NCBI GenBank assembly: GCA_003447535.1
Contig: DLYY01000183.1
Location: 10,926 to 44,432, forward strand
DNA from: Bacteroidota bacterium
Lineage (GTDB): Bacteria; Bacteroidota; Bacteroidia; Chitinophagales; UBA8649
Direction: 5' to 3'
DNA: 33,507 bases
Shown here one piece after another: positions 1-8,791 of this stretch (positions within the stretch are counted from its first letter, which is position 1; every line of letters starts with the position of its first letter). A program made the position numbers and the translations under genes. The notes beneath the pieces are model-generated. The model did not search any database, was not told where the DNA came from, and saw only the letters and a list, made by a program, of their open reading frames with translations.

Positions 1-2144
1 AAACCCCCCCCCGCCGTAATTTCATCGGGATCATCATAGACAGAAAAATCGCACGTTGCTGTGATAAACAAGGGAAGTCGCTCGCTATTGGAGAGTTCCG
101 CCATATCCTCTCGATTGAATACACGCTCCTGCGCCCAATTTTCAGGTCCACCGTGGCCCGTGTAGTTTACAATGAGGCTTCCTTTAAAAAGTTGCCTGTC
201 GATGGATTCATTTACCGATGGATAACGATCACCTCCCGCCGCATTAACTTGAGTAAAGGCGTCAAGGTAAATTTTGTCAACGTTTACGTTGGGTTGATTA
301 AGCCTTACCCAATCCGCCAATTCATCAGCATCGCGCATATGCAGCTCATTGTCTTCGTCGTCTGCAACAAAAGTTACCCGGTTACGCCAGTCACCAAAAT
401 CGCCGCCATCATCATAATCTATAATTTTCTCAACCAAAGCCATCGCCTCTTCGCTAGTTGCAACAGGAAGGCGCCCAATAGCAATATCCAAATCATTAGG
501 CTGACTTGTTGTAGCGATGTTGGAGCCTTCATCATCATCTAAAAATCCATAAAAGTCGTCTGTCGCATATGTTTGTAGAGGGCTAAAAGACTCCGGGCTC
601 TCATAGGTGAGCACTATGTTTCGCGTGCCTGTGCTTACACGGTTTTTAGGATCAAATGAAGCGTCACCCAACAATAATAGGTATTGGGGACGTTCTTCGG
701 GGCTCGCTGCACCTTTGTAGAGCATTCGCATAAAGTCTCGCACAGCCGATAAATCAGTTTGTCCCGAAGAAAATTCATTGTATATCTGGTCAATGGTAAC
801 CACCTCAACATCTAGACCATAGCCTTGCTCTCGATGGTTAGCCAAAGTCTCCGCAGCGGATTGCATGGCTGAGGATGTAACAATAACCATATCGGTGGAG
901 ACTATTCCTCTTAAGTTTTGATTAGATACATTCCCTACATAGCTAGGCCTTGGAAAACTAGTGCGCTGGGAAGGGTCAAAAGCCAAGAACTCTCTTAATG
1001 AATCTGTGGCCACACCAAATTCAAGGAAGCTCCCCGATTGACTCGTTACAATGCCAAAGGGAGCGTATGCGATGGTGACATCCCATATCAACCAAGGAGT
1101 AATTGAGGAAGCAGAAACAGCATACGTTGCACTACCTCCTGATTGGACTTGGCTCACGTCACGAAAACGCAACCTTCCATTACTTGGTGTTAGATTTTTT
1201 CGTGTATGGCATATCATGTCTTCTAGGTACCCTTTTCCTTGTGGATCTGGCGTTGAATAGGTCAATTGGAATGTAGACAGTCCAGAAGATGCCGTCGACG
1301 TAATCGAAGTAGACGCAGTCCGCGCAACATCGCGGTAAGTGCCATTACCCAAAGAGGGTAAAGAAAGATTCGATATGCTTTGACCATTTAGGCGCAATTG
1401 TGTGGTGGCATTGCTTTCCGAAGCACTCGCTACTCTCAGTGCTACAGTCAAAGGAGCTGCATTTACTTTATTAGAAAGGTCAAGGTTCCAAGACACTGAG
1501 GAATTGGTTGTCGTCATAGGGTTGCTCAACCACCGTCTTCCTGATCGATAAAGATTTACATTGTCTTCTTTCCAAAAAGCAAGAAAATCATAGTCTCCAA
1601 CTGTTGTGGTTGACGAAACACCCATCACTTGAGTCGCTTGTAGACCACTCCCTTGGTCTGGCGTAAAGAAAAACCCTGCGACATCCGAATAGTGATTGAA
1701 ATTGAGACTTACTTCGCCGCCTTCCAATATCCAATCATGAGGTCCATGGCTATAAAAAACAATAGCATCTTCTTGGTCAAAAAGGCCATTATTGTTTTCA
1801 TCCACATGATGGGTAGGCAGTTCTTGCAATCCTTCTGCACGACGGGCATTATTCTCCTCTTGCAGAGGACCCTCAGAAGACGAAAACAATCCAAGATTAG
1901 CGAAAGAAACCGGCGCTGAAAGTTGCATGTCAACATAGAGATGGTCTCCATCCAACACATAAACATCATCACTTGATGTTTCTAGAAAATACCAAGCACC
2001 TTGACTAAGCACGCTGCTATTCAATTGAGCAGAGGCCCTATTCGAACATCCGATAAAAAGAAGAGCAAAAGAAATCCGAGTAAGCGTAAGGGTATTGCCC
2101 CAATTGACTTGTAGGTAACGGTAAAAACGTCGTAGAGAAAACAT
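1..2144 (-). CDS. porU: Type IX secretion system sortase PorU (gingipain C25 family), 3'-truncated at window edge
   Basis: Not in the ORF track because there is no stop codon in the window. Manual translation of segments gives MFSLRRFY...RASAQLNSSVLSQGAWY, IYNEFSSGQTD, YLLLLGDASFDPKNR, TDDFYGFLDD, DIAIGRLPV, VNYTGHGG (His codon 153-155) and LFITATCDF (Cys codon 51-53). The frame is the same at both ends. An alternative in-frame ATG lies at 2165. Confidence 0.93.
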   Translation of the reverse strand, partial: MFSLRRFYRYLQVNWGNTLTLTRISFALLFIGCSNRASAQLNSSVLSQGAWYFLETSSDDVYVLDGDHLYVDMQLSAPVSFANLGLFSSSEGPLQEENNARRAEGLQELPTHHVDENNNGLFDQEDAIVFYSHGPHDWILEGGEVSLNFNHYSDVAGFFFTPDQGSGLQATQVMGVSSTTTVGDYDFLAFWKEDNVNLYRSGRRWLSNPMTTTNSSVSWNLDLSNKVNAAPLTVALRVASASESNATTQLRLNGQSISNLSLPSLGNGTYRDVARTASTSITSTASSGLSTFQLTYSTPDPQGKGYLEDMICHTRKNLTPSNGRLRFRDVSQVQSGGSATYAVSASSITPWLIWDVTIAYAPFGIVTSQSGSFLEFGVATDSLREFLAFDPSQRTSFPRPSYVGNVSNQNLRGIVSTDMVIVTSSAMQSAAETLANHREQGYGLDVEVVTIDQIYNEFSSGQTDLSAVRDFMRMLYKGAASPEERPQYLLLLGDASFDPKNRVSTGTRNIVLTYESPESFSPLQTYATDDFYGFLDDDEGSNIATTSQPNDLDIAIGRLPVATSEEAMALVEKIIDYDDGGDFGDWRNRVTFVADDEDNELHMRDADELADWVRLNQPNVNVDKIYLDAFTQVNAAGGDRYPSVNESIDRQLFKGSLIVNYTGHGGPENWAQERVFNREDMAELSNSERLPLFITATCDFSVYDDPDEITAGGG

Positions 2145-2210
2145 GAATTGGACACAATCAATCATATACCTTGGCGTTATGCTTTTTGAAGAGCATTATA
2201 GGAACGTTTA

Positions 2211-2218
2211 TAAAGGTA
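2211..2218 (-). promoter_or_regulatory. Candidate -7 promoter element for porU (TACCTTTA)
   Basis: One mismatch to the Bacteroidota TAnnTTTG consensus. The identical 8-mer occurs on the + strand in front of porP. Confidence 0.4.
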
Positions 2219-2279
2219 GGATATTGCAACTAAGCGCCATATAGACGAACGTAAGATTTTTAAAGTGCTCACAGGACTG

Positions 2280-2287
2280 TACCTTTA
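2280..2287 (+). promoter_or_regulatory. Candidate -7 promoter element for porP/sprF (TACCTTTA)
   Basis: One mismatch to TAnnTTTG, 13 nt upstream of ATG 2301. Confidence 0.45.
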
Positions 2288-2300
2288 CCCAACAAGGAAT

Positions 2301-3335
2301 ATGAATCGACTTCTATTCAAATCAGAAACTCTGCCAGCAACACTTTTCATGTTGTTGATTTCAATAGGTGCCATTCAAGCGCAGTTTGTTGAATACAGTC
2401 AATTTCAAATGTCTCCAAGTAGTTTAAATCCTGCCCTCACCGGCATTGCACATGGCCCAAGAATTGCAATGCTCTATCGCAATCAATGGCCACAGCTAAA
2501 CGGAGGAGCGAATGGCGGATTTACAAGTTACCATTTGGACTACACCCAGCACGTGGAATCGTTAAGCGGAGGAATTGGCCTGTCTGTAGATCAACATCAA
2601 GTGGGTGACGGGCTCTACAAGCGAAGTACTTTTACTGGATCCTATGCCTATCAGGCTCGAAATCGCACCAATACCTTTGCTGTCAGAATTGGTCTCAGCG
2701 CCCTTTATCAATTTCAGGGATATGATGTAAATAACCTCAGGTTTTTGGATCAAATTGACCCTGTCTATGGCTTCACTAATATTAGCGGAATTCCAAATGC
2801 GAGCGCAGATGCAGGCCAACTTCAGCCCAATCTCCACGAGTTTAACATGAATGCAGGATTGAGTCTTGTTAGCCCTCGAGGTTACCTTGGTTTGAGTTTC
2901 TACAACTTTTTACCAAGTCCTTCTCTCTTTGAAAACTCCATTAAAAATGGGGGATTTCGCGTTCATGGTAGTTATTCTTTCCCTCTTGACGTGAGAAGAA
3001 AGTCAATCAATTTTATAGCACCCTTTGCGCTATTCTCTCATCAAGGGGAATTAAACCGAATTACTTTGGGAACCGAGTTAACGATTTACCCCATGTTTTT
3101 TTCTTTGGGCTTTCGACATACTATAGGGGGCAGTGATGCCGTTTATACAGGGTTGGGCTTAGCCCTTCAGCAATTTAAACTAATGTACAGCCACGATATA
3201 CACTTTACTCAAGCTTCGGCCATGCAAGCTTCTCATGAGGTTTCCCTAATCTTTAACTTATCTAAGGAGACCAATAGCGTTCGGCCAAGTTATATCGAAG
3301 GAAAATTATTGTGCCCTAGCAATTTTTTATACTAA
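2301..3335 (+). CDS. porP: T9SS PorP/SprF-family outer-membrane beta-barrel protein
   Basis: Signal peptide followed by QFVEYSQF..SLNPALTG and YRNQWP, with late SHEVSL and a C-terminal CPSNF. ATG 2301 is preferred over GTG 2265 because of the promoter-like element at 2280. Confidence 0.88.
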   Translation: MNRLLFKSETLPATLFMLLISIGAIQAQFVEYSQFQMSPSSLNPALTGIAHGPRIAMLYRNQWPQLNGGANGGFTSYHLDYTQHVESLSGGIGLSVDQHQVGDGLYKRSTFTGSYAYQARNRTNTFAVRIGLSALYQFQGYDVNNLRFLDQIDPVYGFTNISGIPNASADAGQLQPNLHEFNMNAGLSLVSPRGYLGLSFYNFLPSPSLFENSIKNGGFRVHGSYSFPLDVRRKSINFIAPFALFSHQGELNRITLGTELTIYPMFFSLGFRHTIGGSDAVYTGLGLALQQFKLMYSHDIHFTQASAMQASHEVSLIFNLSKETNSVRPSYIEGKLLCPSNFLY

Positions 3336-3352
3336 CCATTGAGATATTCAAT

Positions 3353-3360
3353 TATATTTG
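3353..3360 (+). promoter_or_regulatory. -7 promoter element TATATTTG for gldJ
   Basis: Exact TAnnTTTG match 23 nt upstream of ATG 3384. Confidence 0.6.
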
Positions 3361-3383
3361 TCTTTCTTGAAATTTATCCACAA

Positions 3384-4928
3384 ATGAGAAACATAGCATT
3401 TTTATCTGCTGCCTTCCTTGGTCTTGTGCTGACAAACTGTGAAAAACCAGCTTCTTCAAACACAGGATGGGAATACAATAACGAAGAATTTGGCGGCATA
3501 GAAAAACGAACAGAAGTTGCAAAATCAGGTCAAGAGGCTGCCCCTGGCTTACTCTTTATTCCCGGCGGAACATTTGAAATGGGTAACCGTGCACAAGATG
3601 TGATGTATCTATGGGATAACCAATCCAAAACCATGGAGGTTGATCCTTTCTTTATGGACGAATGCGAAGTAACCAATCTCAATTACCGCGAATACATCTA
3701 TTGGATGCGTGCGATTTACCAAGAAAACTATCCAAACATGGTAGAGGCTGCGATGCCCGATCAGGATGTTTGGAGAGAAGAATTGGAATACAATGAAAAC
3801 TTAAGAAACTATTACTTCACTTCTCCTGGTTTCGACGACTACCCAGTAGTTGGTGTGAGCTGGGAACAAGCTGTTGATTATGCCGCGTGGAGAACGGACC
3901 GTGTAAACGAAAAAGTTTTAGTTGACCGTGGAATTTTAGATATTAAAGAAGGGGCACTTACCAACCAGAACTCAGGTTCTTTCTTCACAACAGAGGGCTA
4001 CTTAAATGAAAACTTTTCTTACGATGAGAATAGTGTAAATGGTCAAAACCTTCCAAAAAATTATGCGGCCGATTCCTCAGGGTCAAAGGAAGGACGAATC
4101 ATCCGCGCGGATGACGGTATATTCTTTCCAGCATACGAACTACCTACGGAAGCACAATGGGAGTTTGCAGCTATCGCTCAAATCGGAGGCAAATTGCACC
4201 CGGACGATAATCGCGTAGTTGAAAATAAAATATATACTTGGGAGGGGCCGTCCTATGTTTTCCGTCATGACCAAGGAAAAGATATGGGTAAATTTTTAGT
4301 CAATTTCCAACGTCGCCCTGGAGACTATTCAGGAATGGCTGGAGCTAAGGAAGACGGCGCAGCTTACACGGCCCAAGTCATTACAGGTATGCCAAACGCT
4401 TACGGTCTTTATAATATGGCAGGCAACGTAAGTGAGTGGGTTAAGGATGCCTATCGAGCAATGTCATCAGCTGACATCTCCAACCTTAATGGTTATCGTG
4501 GTAATGTGTTTACTTCAGACAGTATGGATGCTTCGAACAACCCTGTGTTTAACGACTCTACAGGAAGAATTATCCAAGTTGAAGAAGATGCTCAAGAGCT
4601 TTCTAGTCGAAGAAACTATCAAGTAGCAAACGCCATTAACTATATGGATGGTGATAGTTTATCTCGAGCACAAGGTCAATCTGATTCTTCAATGTATATG
4701 GCACAAAATACCTTTGTAAATAATGAAGCACGCGTCTACAAGGGAGGTTCTTGGAAAGACATGGCTTGGTATATGAGCCCTGGAACACGTCGCTTTTTGA
4801 ATCAAGATGAATCACTAAACACGCTTGGGTTCCGTCTAGCAATGCCTTGTATCGGTGCACTTTGCGGAGGAGTTGAAACCAATACAGGAAACGACTTTGC
4901 AAGTAAAAAATCTAAATGGCATGACTAA
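3384..4928 (+). CDS. gldJ: Gliding motility lipoprotein GldJ (FGE-sulfatase/SUMF1 domain)
   Basis: Lipobox LTNC, STGW-like SNTGWEYN, PGLLFIPGGTFEMG, DYPVVGVSW, LPTEAQWEFAA, GLYNMAGNVSEW and RVYKGGSWKD. Located between porU and murF. ATG 3384 is preferred over TTG 3339. Confidence 0.88.
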   Translation: MRNIAFLSAAFLGLVLTNCEKPASSNTGWEYNNEEFGGIEKRTEVAKSGQEAAPGLLFIPGGTFEMGNRAQDVMYLWDNQSKTMEVDPFFMDECEVTNLNYREYIYWMRAIYQENYPNMVEAAMPDQDVWREELEYNENLRNYYFTSPGFDDYPVVGVSWEQAVDYAAWRTDRVNEKVLVDRGILDIKEGALTNQNSGSFFTTEGYLNENFSYDENSVNGQNLPKNYAADSSGSKEGRIIRADDGIFFPAYELPTEAQWEFAAIAQIGGKLHPDDNRVVENKIYTWEGPSYVFRHDQGKDMGKFLVNFQRRPGDYSGMAGAKEDGAAYTAQVITGMPNAYGLYNMAGNVSEWVKDAYRAMSSADISNLNGYRGNVFTSDSMDASNNPVFNDSTGRIIQVEEDAQELSSRRNYQVANAINYMDGDSLSRAQGQSDSSMYMAQNTFVNNEARVYKGGSWKDMAWYMSPGTRRFLNQDESLNTLGFRLAMPCIGALCGGVETNTGNDFASKKSKWHD

Positions 4929-4944
4929 ATTTAGTCAGCCCATT

Positions 4945-4981
4945 AAAAAAAAGAGCCTTCCATTGTGAAGGCTTTTTTTTT
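4945..4981. terminator. Intrinsic (potentially bidirectional) terminator after gldJ
   Basis: A-tract, then AGCCTTC-cattgt-GAAGGCT, then T-tract. Confidence 0.8.
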
Positions 4982-4994
4982 ATAACTTATCATC

Positions 4995-6257
4995 ATGAAA
5001 GCTTACGAGCTCTTTCTTCTAAGTAGTGGAATAACCATCGACACACGTCGCGTCTGCAAAAACCAACTTTTTGTGGCGCTGAAAGGACCAAGTTTCAATG
5101 GAAATCACTTTGTTAAAGATGCGCTAGATAAAGGGGCTATTGGTGCAATTGTCGATGAGAAAGAAGCCGTCATTGGAGAAAACTGTATCCTTGTTGAAGA
5201 CAGTTTAGCATGCTTGCAACTTATGGCCTTAATACATCGCGAAAGCTTTACCATTCCAGTAATTGGATTAACAGGGTCAAACGGAAAAACTACCGTTAAA
5301 GAGCTTCTTCAGCGAGGACTAAGCTCCCAATTTAATGTGCTTGCCACCAAGGGAAACTTCAATAACCACATAGGCGTTCCACTTACCCTTCTTCGCATCA
5401 CACAAGATCATGATATTGCTATTATAGAAATGGGCGCCAACCATCAAGGAGAAATCAAAAGCTATTGCTCGTGGGCCAATCCAAGTCATGGATTGATTAC
5501 AAATATTGGAAAGGCCCATTTAGAAGGCTTTGGGGGATTGGAAGGGGTTTTGCAAGGTAAAATGGAATTGTTTGATGCTGTGTGTTCTTCAGGAGGAGAA
5601 GTCTTTTATCCCTCTGCTGAAGAAGGCATTGCAAAAAAATTGGGCAACTACTCACAAAAAACAACCTACGGATTAGAACCATCTACTGACTTTTCATTGC
5701 CCATAGTAATTGATGGAGACATTCTTCAATATTGTGACCAACAGAAAAAAAAACCCTTTCAGCTCAAAGGAAGCTTCAACAAAAACAACATAATCGGCGC
5801 AGCAGCCTTATGTAGCCACTTTTCAATCAAGGCAGAAGTCTACCTTCCCCCGCTGTTAGCATACAACCCTCAAAACAATCGATCACAATACCTAGAAAGG
5901 AATAATGCAACCATAGTGCTTGATGCTTATAATGCCAATCCAAGTAGCATGCGAGCGTCGATTGATGGATTTATGGCTAGGCCCGGAAAGAAAATTTTGA
6001 TTCTTGGGGAAATGAAGGAGCTCGGCAAGTACAGTAGAGATGAACACCAAGCCTTAGTAGATTATCTGCAGGCATTGGACATGGCGGAGTCCATGTTTTT
6101 TGGTGATGAATTTTCACATTGTCTTTTGGCAGCGAATCAAACCTTCTATGCTAACAAAGGCGATCTAAAGGAGCACTTACTCCATAAAAGCAATAATCCG
6201 TGTTCAATTCTAATCAAAGGTTCAAGAAGCTGTAAGCTCGAAGAATTAATTGATTAG
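4995..6257 (+). CDS. murF: UDP-N-acetylmuramoyl-tripeptide--D-Ala-D-Ala ligase
   Basis: IDTR, LTGSNGKTTVKE, GNFNNHIGVPLT, EMGANHQGEI, DAYNANPSSM, LGEMKELG, LIKGSR. Confidence 0.96.
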   Translation: MKAYELFLLSSGITIDTRRVCKNQLFVALKGPSFNGNHFVKDALDKGAIGAIVDEKEAVIGENCILVEDSLACLQLMALIHRESFTIPVIGLTGSNGKTTVKELLQRGLSSQFNVLATKGNFNNHIGVPLTLLRITQDHDIAIIEMGANHQGEIKSYCSWANPSHGLITNIGKAHLEGFGGLEGVLQGKMELFDAVCSSGGEVFYPSAEEGIAKKLGNYSQKTTYGLEPSTDFSLPIVIDGDILQYCDQQKKKPFQLKGSFNKNNIIGAAALCSHFSIKAEVYLPPLLAYNPQNNRSQYLERNNATIVLDAYNANPSSMRASIDGFMARPGKKILILGEMKELGKYSRDEHQALVDYLQALDMAESMFFGDEFSHCLLAANQTFYANKGDLKEHLLHKSNNPCSILIKGSRSCKLEELID

Positions 6258-7402
6258 CCAACGTCACTTCGCCGAAAAGCTCTCATCCAACGGTCGGACA
6301 ACTCGTTCTCTAAAGCTAACGCATAGTCCTTATCCTGACAGGCCACAAAAACTGATTTGTCTTTATCGCCCGCAAACTCCATCCACCACCGCTCGGTTAC
6401 ACGACTTTTCCAAAAGACCAATTCCTGATCTAGGCTGGGCATAATAACCTGGTACTGAATGAATCGGGAATCGTTTAGCGCTGGCGTCTCATCCCTTCGT
6501 ATAGAATATCCTTCTAAAAAGTACCAAAGCATCTGGCTGATTTGCTTAGCTGTTAGGTGGTTTTGGTCCAGGTGTGGGTTGTATTCATAAATTCCTACAG
6601 AATTCATGTAAGGGCTAAATCCTGCATATCTGAAAATCTTACATGCCTCAGTCCCTGATAATCCATTCGGTGAGGTTAAAACATTACCTGGCGCGTAGGC
6701 ACTCATCATGGCCGATACATCAAAGCTTAACACATGCGCATTTCTAAAGAAAGCCTCTGCATCATGCAAGTTTGCCCGAAAATCCCCCATCCTCATATGG
6801 TCGGCGTCAAGTGATTCTAGGTGTTGAACGAAGGCAGGGTCATTATAGAATTGCTGATGGCCAAAATGCGTAAAATCCTCTACAAATCCCTCATTATTTT
6901 TTAGCATGTGCTGGAGAAAACTCGTTGAATCAACATCCTCTGAATCGCGCATATCAATATGCTCATCCACTTGAATCAAGTGCGCCCTATGTCCAACATC
7001 GGCATGGCCCTTGTACTGACCGATGGTAAGATCATGGCTACCCCCTAAAATCAGGAGAACTTTCCCATGACGCACAAATTCTGCACTCAGTTCAGACAGA
7101 ATAGAATAGGTATCCATTACAGTATGTCCAGCCTCTATATCTCCTACATCAAGTATTCTTGGACACTTAAAGTGCGCATAGAGACTATAGAACTGTTTGC
7201 GTATATCATGAGATCCATGGCCACATCCCGGATTATAGAAAGATGTTCTATCCTCTTTAACCGCTACAATGCCAATATCAAATGTGTCCCAATCCGGTAC
7301 GCCGTCCCATGAAATCAAATGACTCCCAATTTGTGCCTTATTGTATTTCCCTCCCTGAATAAAGCTTGAGGGGTCTATCAGTTGTATTGCTTCCCAGACC
7401 AT
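6254..7402 (-). CDS. Arginase/ureohydrolase-fold protein (usually annotated formimidoylglutamase)
   Basis: DVGDI, ILGGSHDLT, VDEHID, SFDVS, SPNGLSG and YEYNP, plus a C-terminal extension with FWKS..RWWME. Confidence 0.85.
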   Translation of the reverse strand: MVWEAIQLIDPSSFIQGGKYNKAQIGSHLISWDGVPDWDTFDIGIVAVKEDRTSFYNPGCGHGSHDIRKQFYSLYAHFKCPRILDVGDIEAGHTVMDTYSILSELSAEFVRHGKVLLILGGSHDLTIGQYKGHADVGHRAHLIQVDEHIDMRDSEDVDSTSFLQHMLKNNEGFVEDFTHFGHQQFYNDPAFVQHLESLDADHMRMGDFRANLHDAEAFFRNAHVLSFDVSAMMSAYAPGNVLTSPNGLSGTEACKIFRYAGFSPYMNSVGIYEYNPHLDQNHLTAKQISQMLWYFLEGYSIRRDETPALNDSRFIQYQVIMPSLDQELVFWKSRVTERWWMEFAGDKDKSVFVACQDKDYALALENELSDRWMRAFRRSDVG

Positions 7403-7548
7403 AATCGTTTATTATTTTAAACATACTTAAGACGCACGGCATGATCTACCCTTGTTATCAATAGATACATGACTGCAAAGGCCGAAATGTAAAGCATAAG
7501 AGACAGCACCAAAGTTTCCTATCGATGGTGTATTTTTAGCGTATCGAT

Positions 7549-8787
7549 ATGAAAAAAATACCCTTTCTAGAAGAATATAAAGCCAAGATACCTGAAGTCG
7601 TTTTTCAATGGAGCGACAGCGAAACGGATGCTAAAGGCTATCTCGTCATTAATTCCCTGCGGGGTGGAGCTGCTGGAGGCGGAACACGAATGCGTAAAGG
7701 CCTCAACCTACATGAAGTGGAATCATTGGCAAAAGTCATGGAGATAAAGTTCTCCGTTACCGGGCCGGCCATTGGGGGGGCAAAATCAGGCATTAACTTC
7801 GACCCATTCCACCCTGATAAGAATGGAGTTCTTAAACGTTGGTATCGAGCAGTCTCTCCTATTCTAAAGCGATATTATGGCACAGGAGGTGATCTCAATG
7901 TTGATGCTATAAAAGAAGTAGTTCCTATAACAGAATCCTATGGACTTTGGCATCCACAAGAAGGCATTCTCAATGGTCATTTTGGCTTAGCTGAACAGGA
8001 CCGTGTGCAACGCATCTTGCAGTTGCGCAAAGGAGTTAGTAAACGTATAGAAAATGCTTTCCTAACCCCTAGTCTGTCAGAAAACTACTGTATTGCTGAT
8101 CTCATCACAGGATATGGCGTAGCTAAGGGTATTGAACATTACTATGATTTATGGAATGGTAGCAATGTTGAAGGAAAGCGTGTTATCGTCCAAGGGTGGG
8201 GTAATGTCGCAGCACCCGCAGCATTTTATCTAAGTCAGCAGGGAGCCATTGTAACAGGAATTATTGATCGCGCCGGAGGAATTATTGATGAACAAGGTAT
8301 TCCCCATGAGCGGCTCATCGAGCTCATAAATACGCGTAAGGGTAATGCCCTACATACAGACGGCATGCTTTCATTCGATGACGTCAACCGTTCAATTTGG
8401 GATGTTCCCTGTGAAATTTTTCTACCCTCAGCCGCCTCAAGGCTCGTTAGTAAAGACAATGTTGAACGATTGTCAAAAGCTGGCCTTCAAGCAATTAGCG
8501 CAGGAGCAAACGTGCCCTTCGCGGATGAAGATATCTTCTATGGCCCTACCGCCAGTTACGCCGATAACCTCACAGCCATTATTCCTGACTTTATAGCAAA
8601 CTGCGGCATGGCGAGAACATTTGGCTATTTAATGCAGCCCAATGCCATAATCCATGAAGACGCCATTTTTGAGGATGTCTCCAATTGTGTGCGTCAGGCC
8701 TTACTAGATGTACATAACCAAAACCAAGACAAACATGGCATAGCCCGTCGAAGCCTCGGCCAAGCAATTGCCAAACTTCGAGCCTAA
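7549..8787 (+). CDS. Glu/Leu/Phe/Val dehydrogenase family protein
   Basis: GGGTRM, MEIKF, IGGAKSG, TGYGV, Rossmann VQGWGNVA, AGANVPF, IPDFIANCG. Confidence 0.92.
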   Translation: MKKIPFLEEYKAKIPEVVFQWSDSETDAKGYLVINSLRGGAAGGGTRMRKGLNLHEVESLAKVMEIKFSVTGPAIGGAKSGINFDPFHPDKNGVLKRWYRAVSPILKRYYGTGGDLNVDAIKEVVPITESYGLWHPQEGILNGHFGLAEQDRVQRILQLRKGVSKRIENAFLTPSLSENYCIADLITGYGVAKGIEHYYDLWNGSNVEGKRVIVQGWGNVAAPAAFYLSQQGAIVTGIIDRAGGIIDEQGIPHERLIELINTRKGNALHTDGMLSFDDVNRSIWDVPCEIFLPSAASRLVSKDNVERLSKAGLQAISAGANVPFADEDIFYGPTASYADNLTAIIPDFIANCGMARTFGYLMQPNAIIHEDAIFEDVSNCVRQALLDVHNQNQDKHGIARRSLGQAIAKLRA

Positions 8788-8791
8788 CGTT

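Noticed and set aside
153-1972. ORFs 153-542, 1051-1260, 1653-1919 (+) and 1709-1972 (-)
   Set aside because: Antisense or off-frame shadows of porU, which occupies this region on the minus strand.
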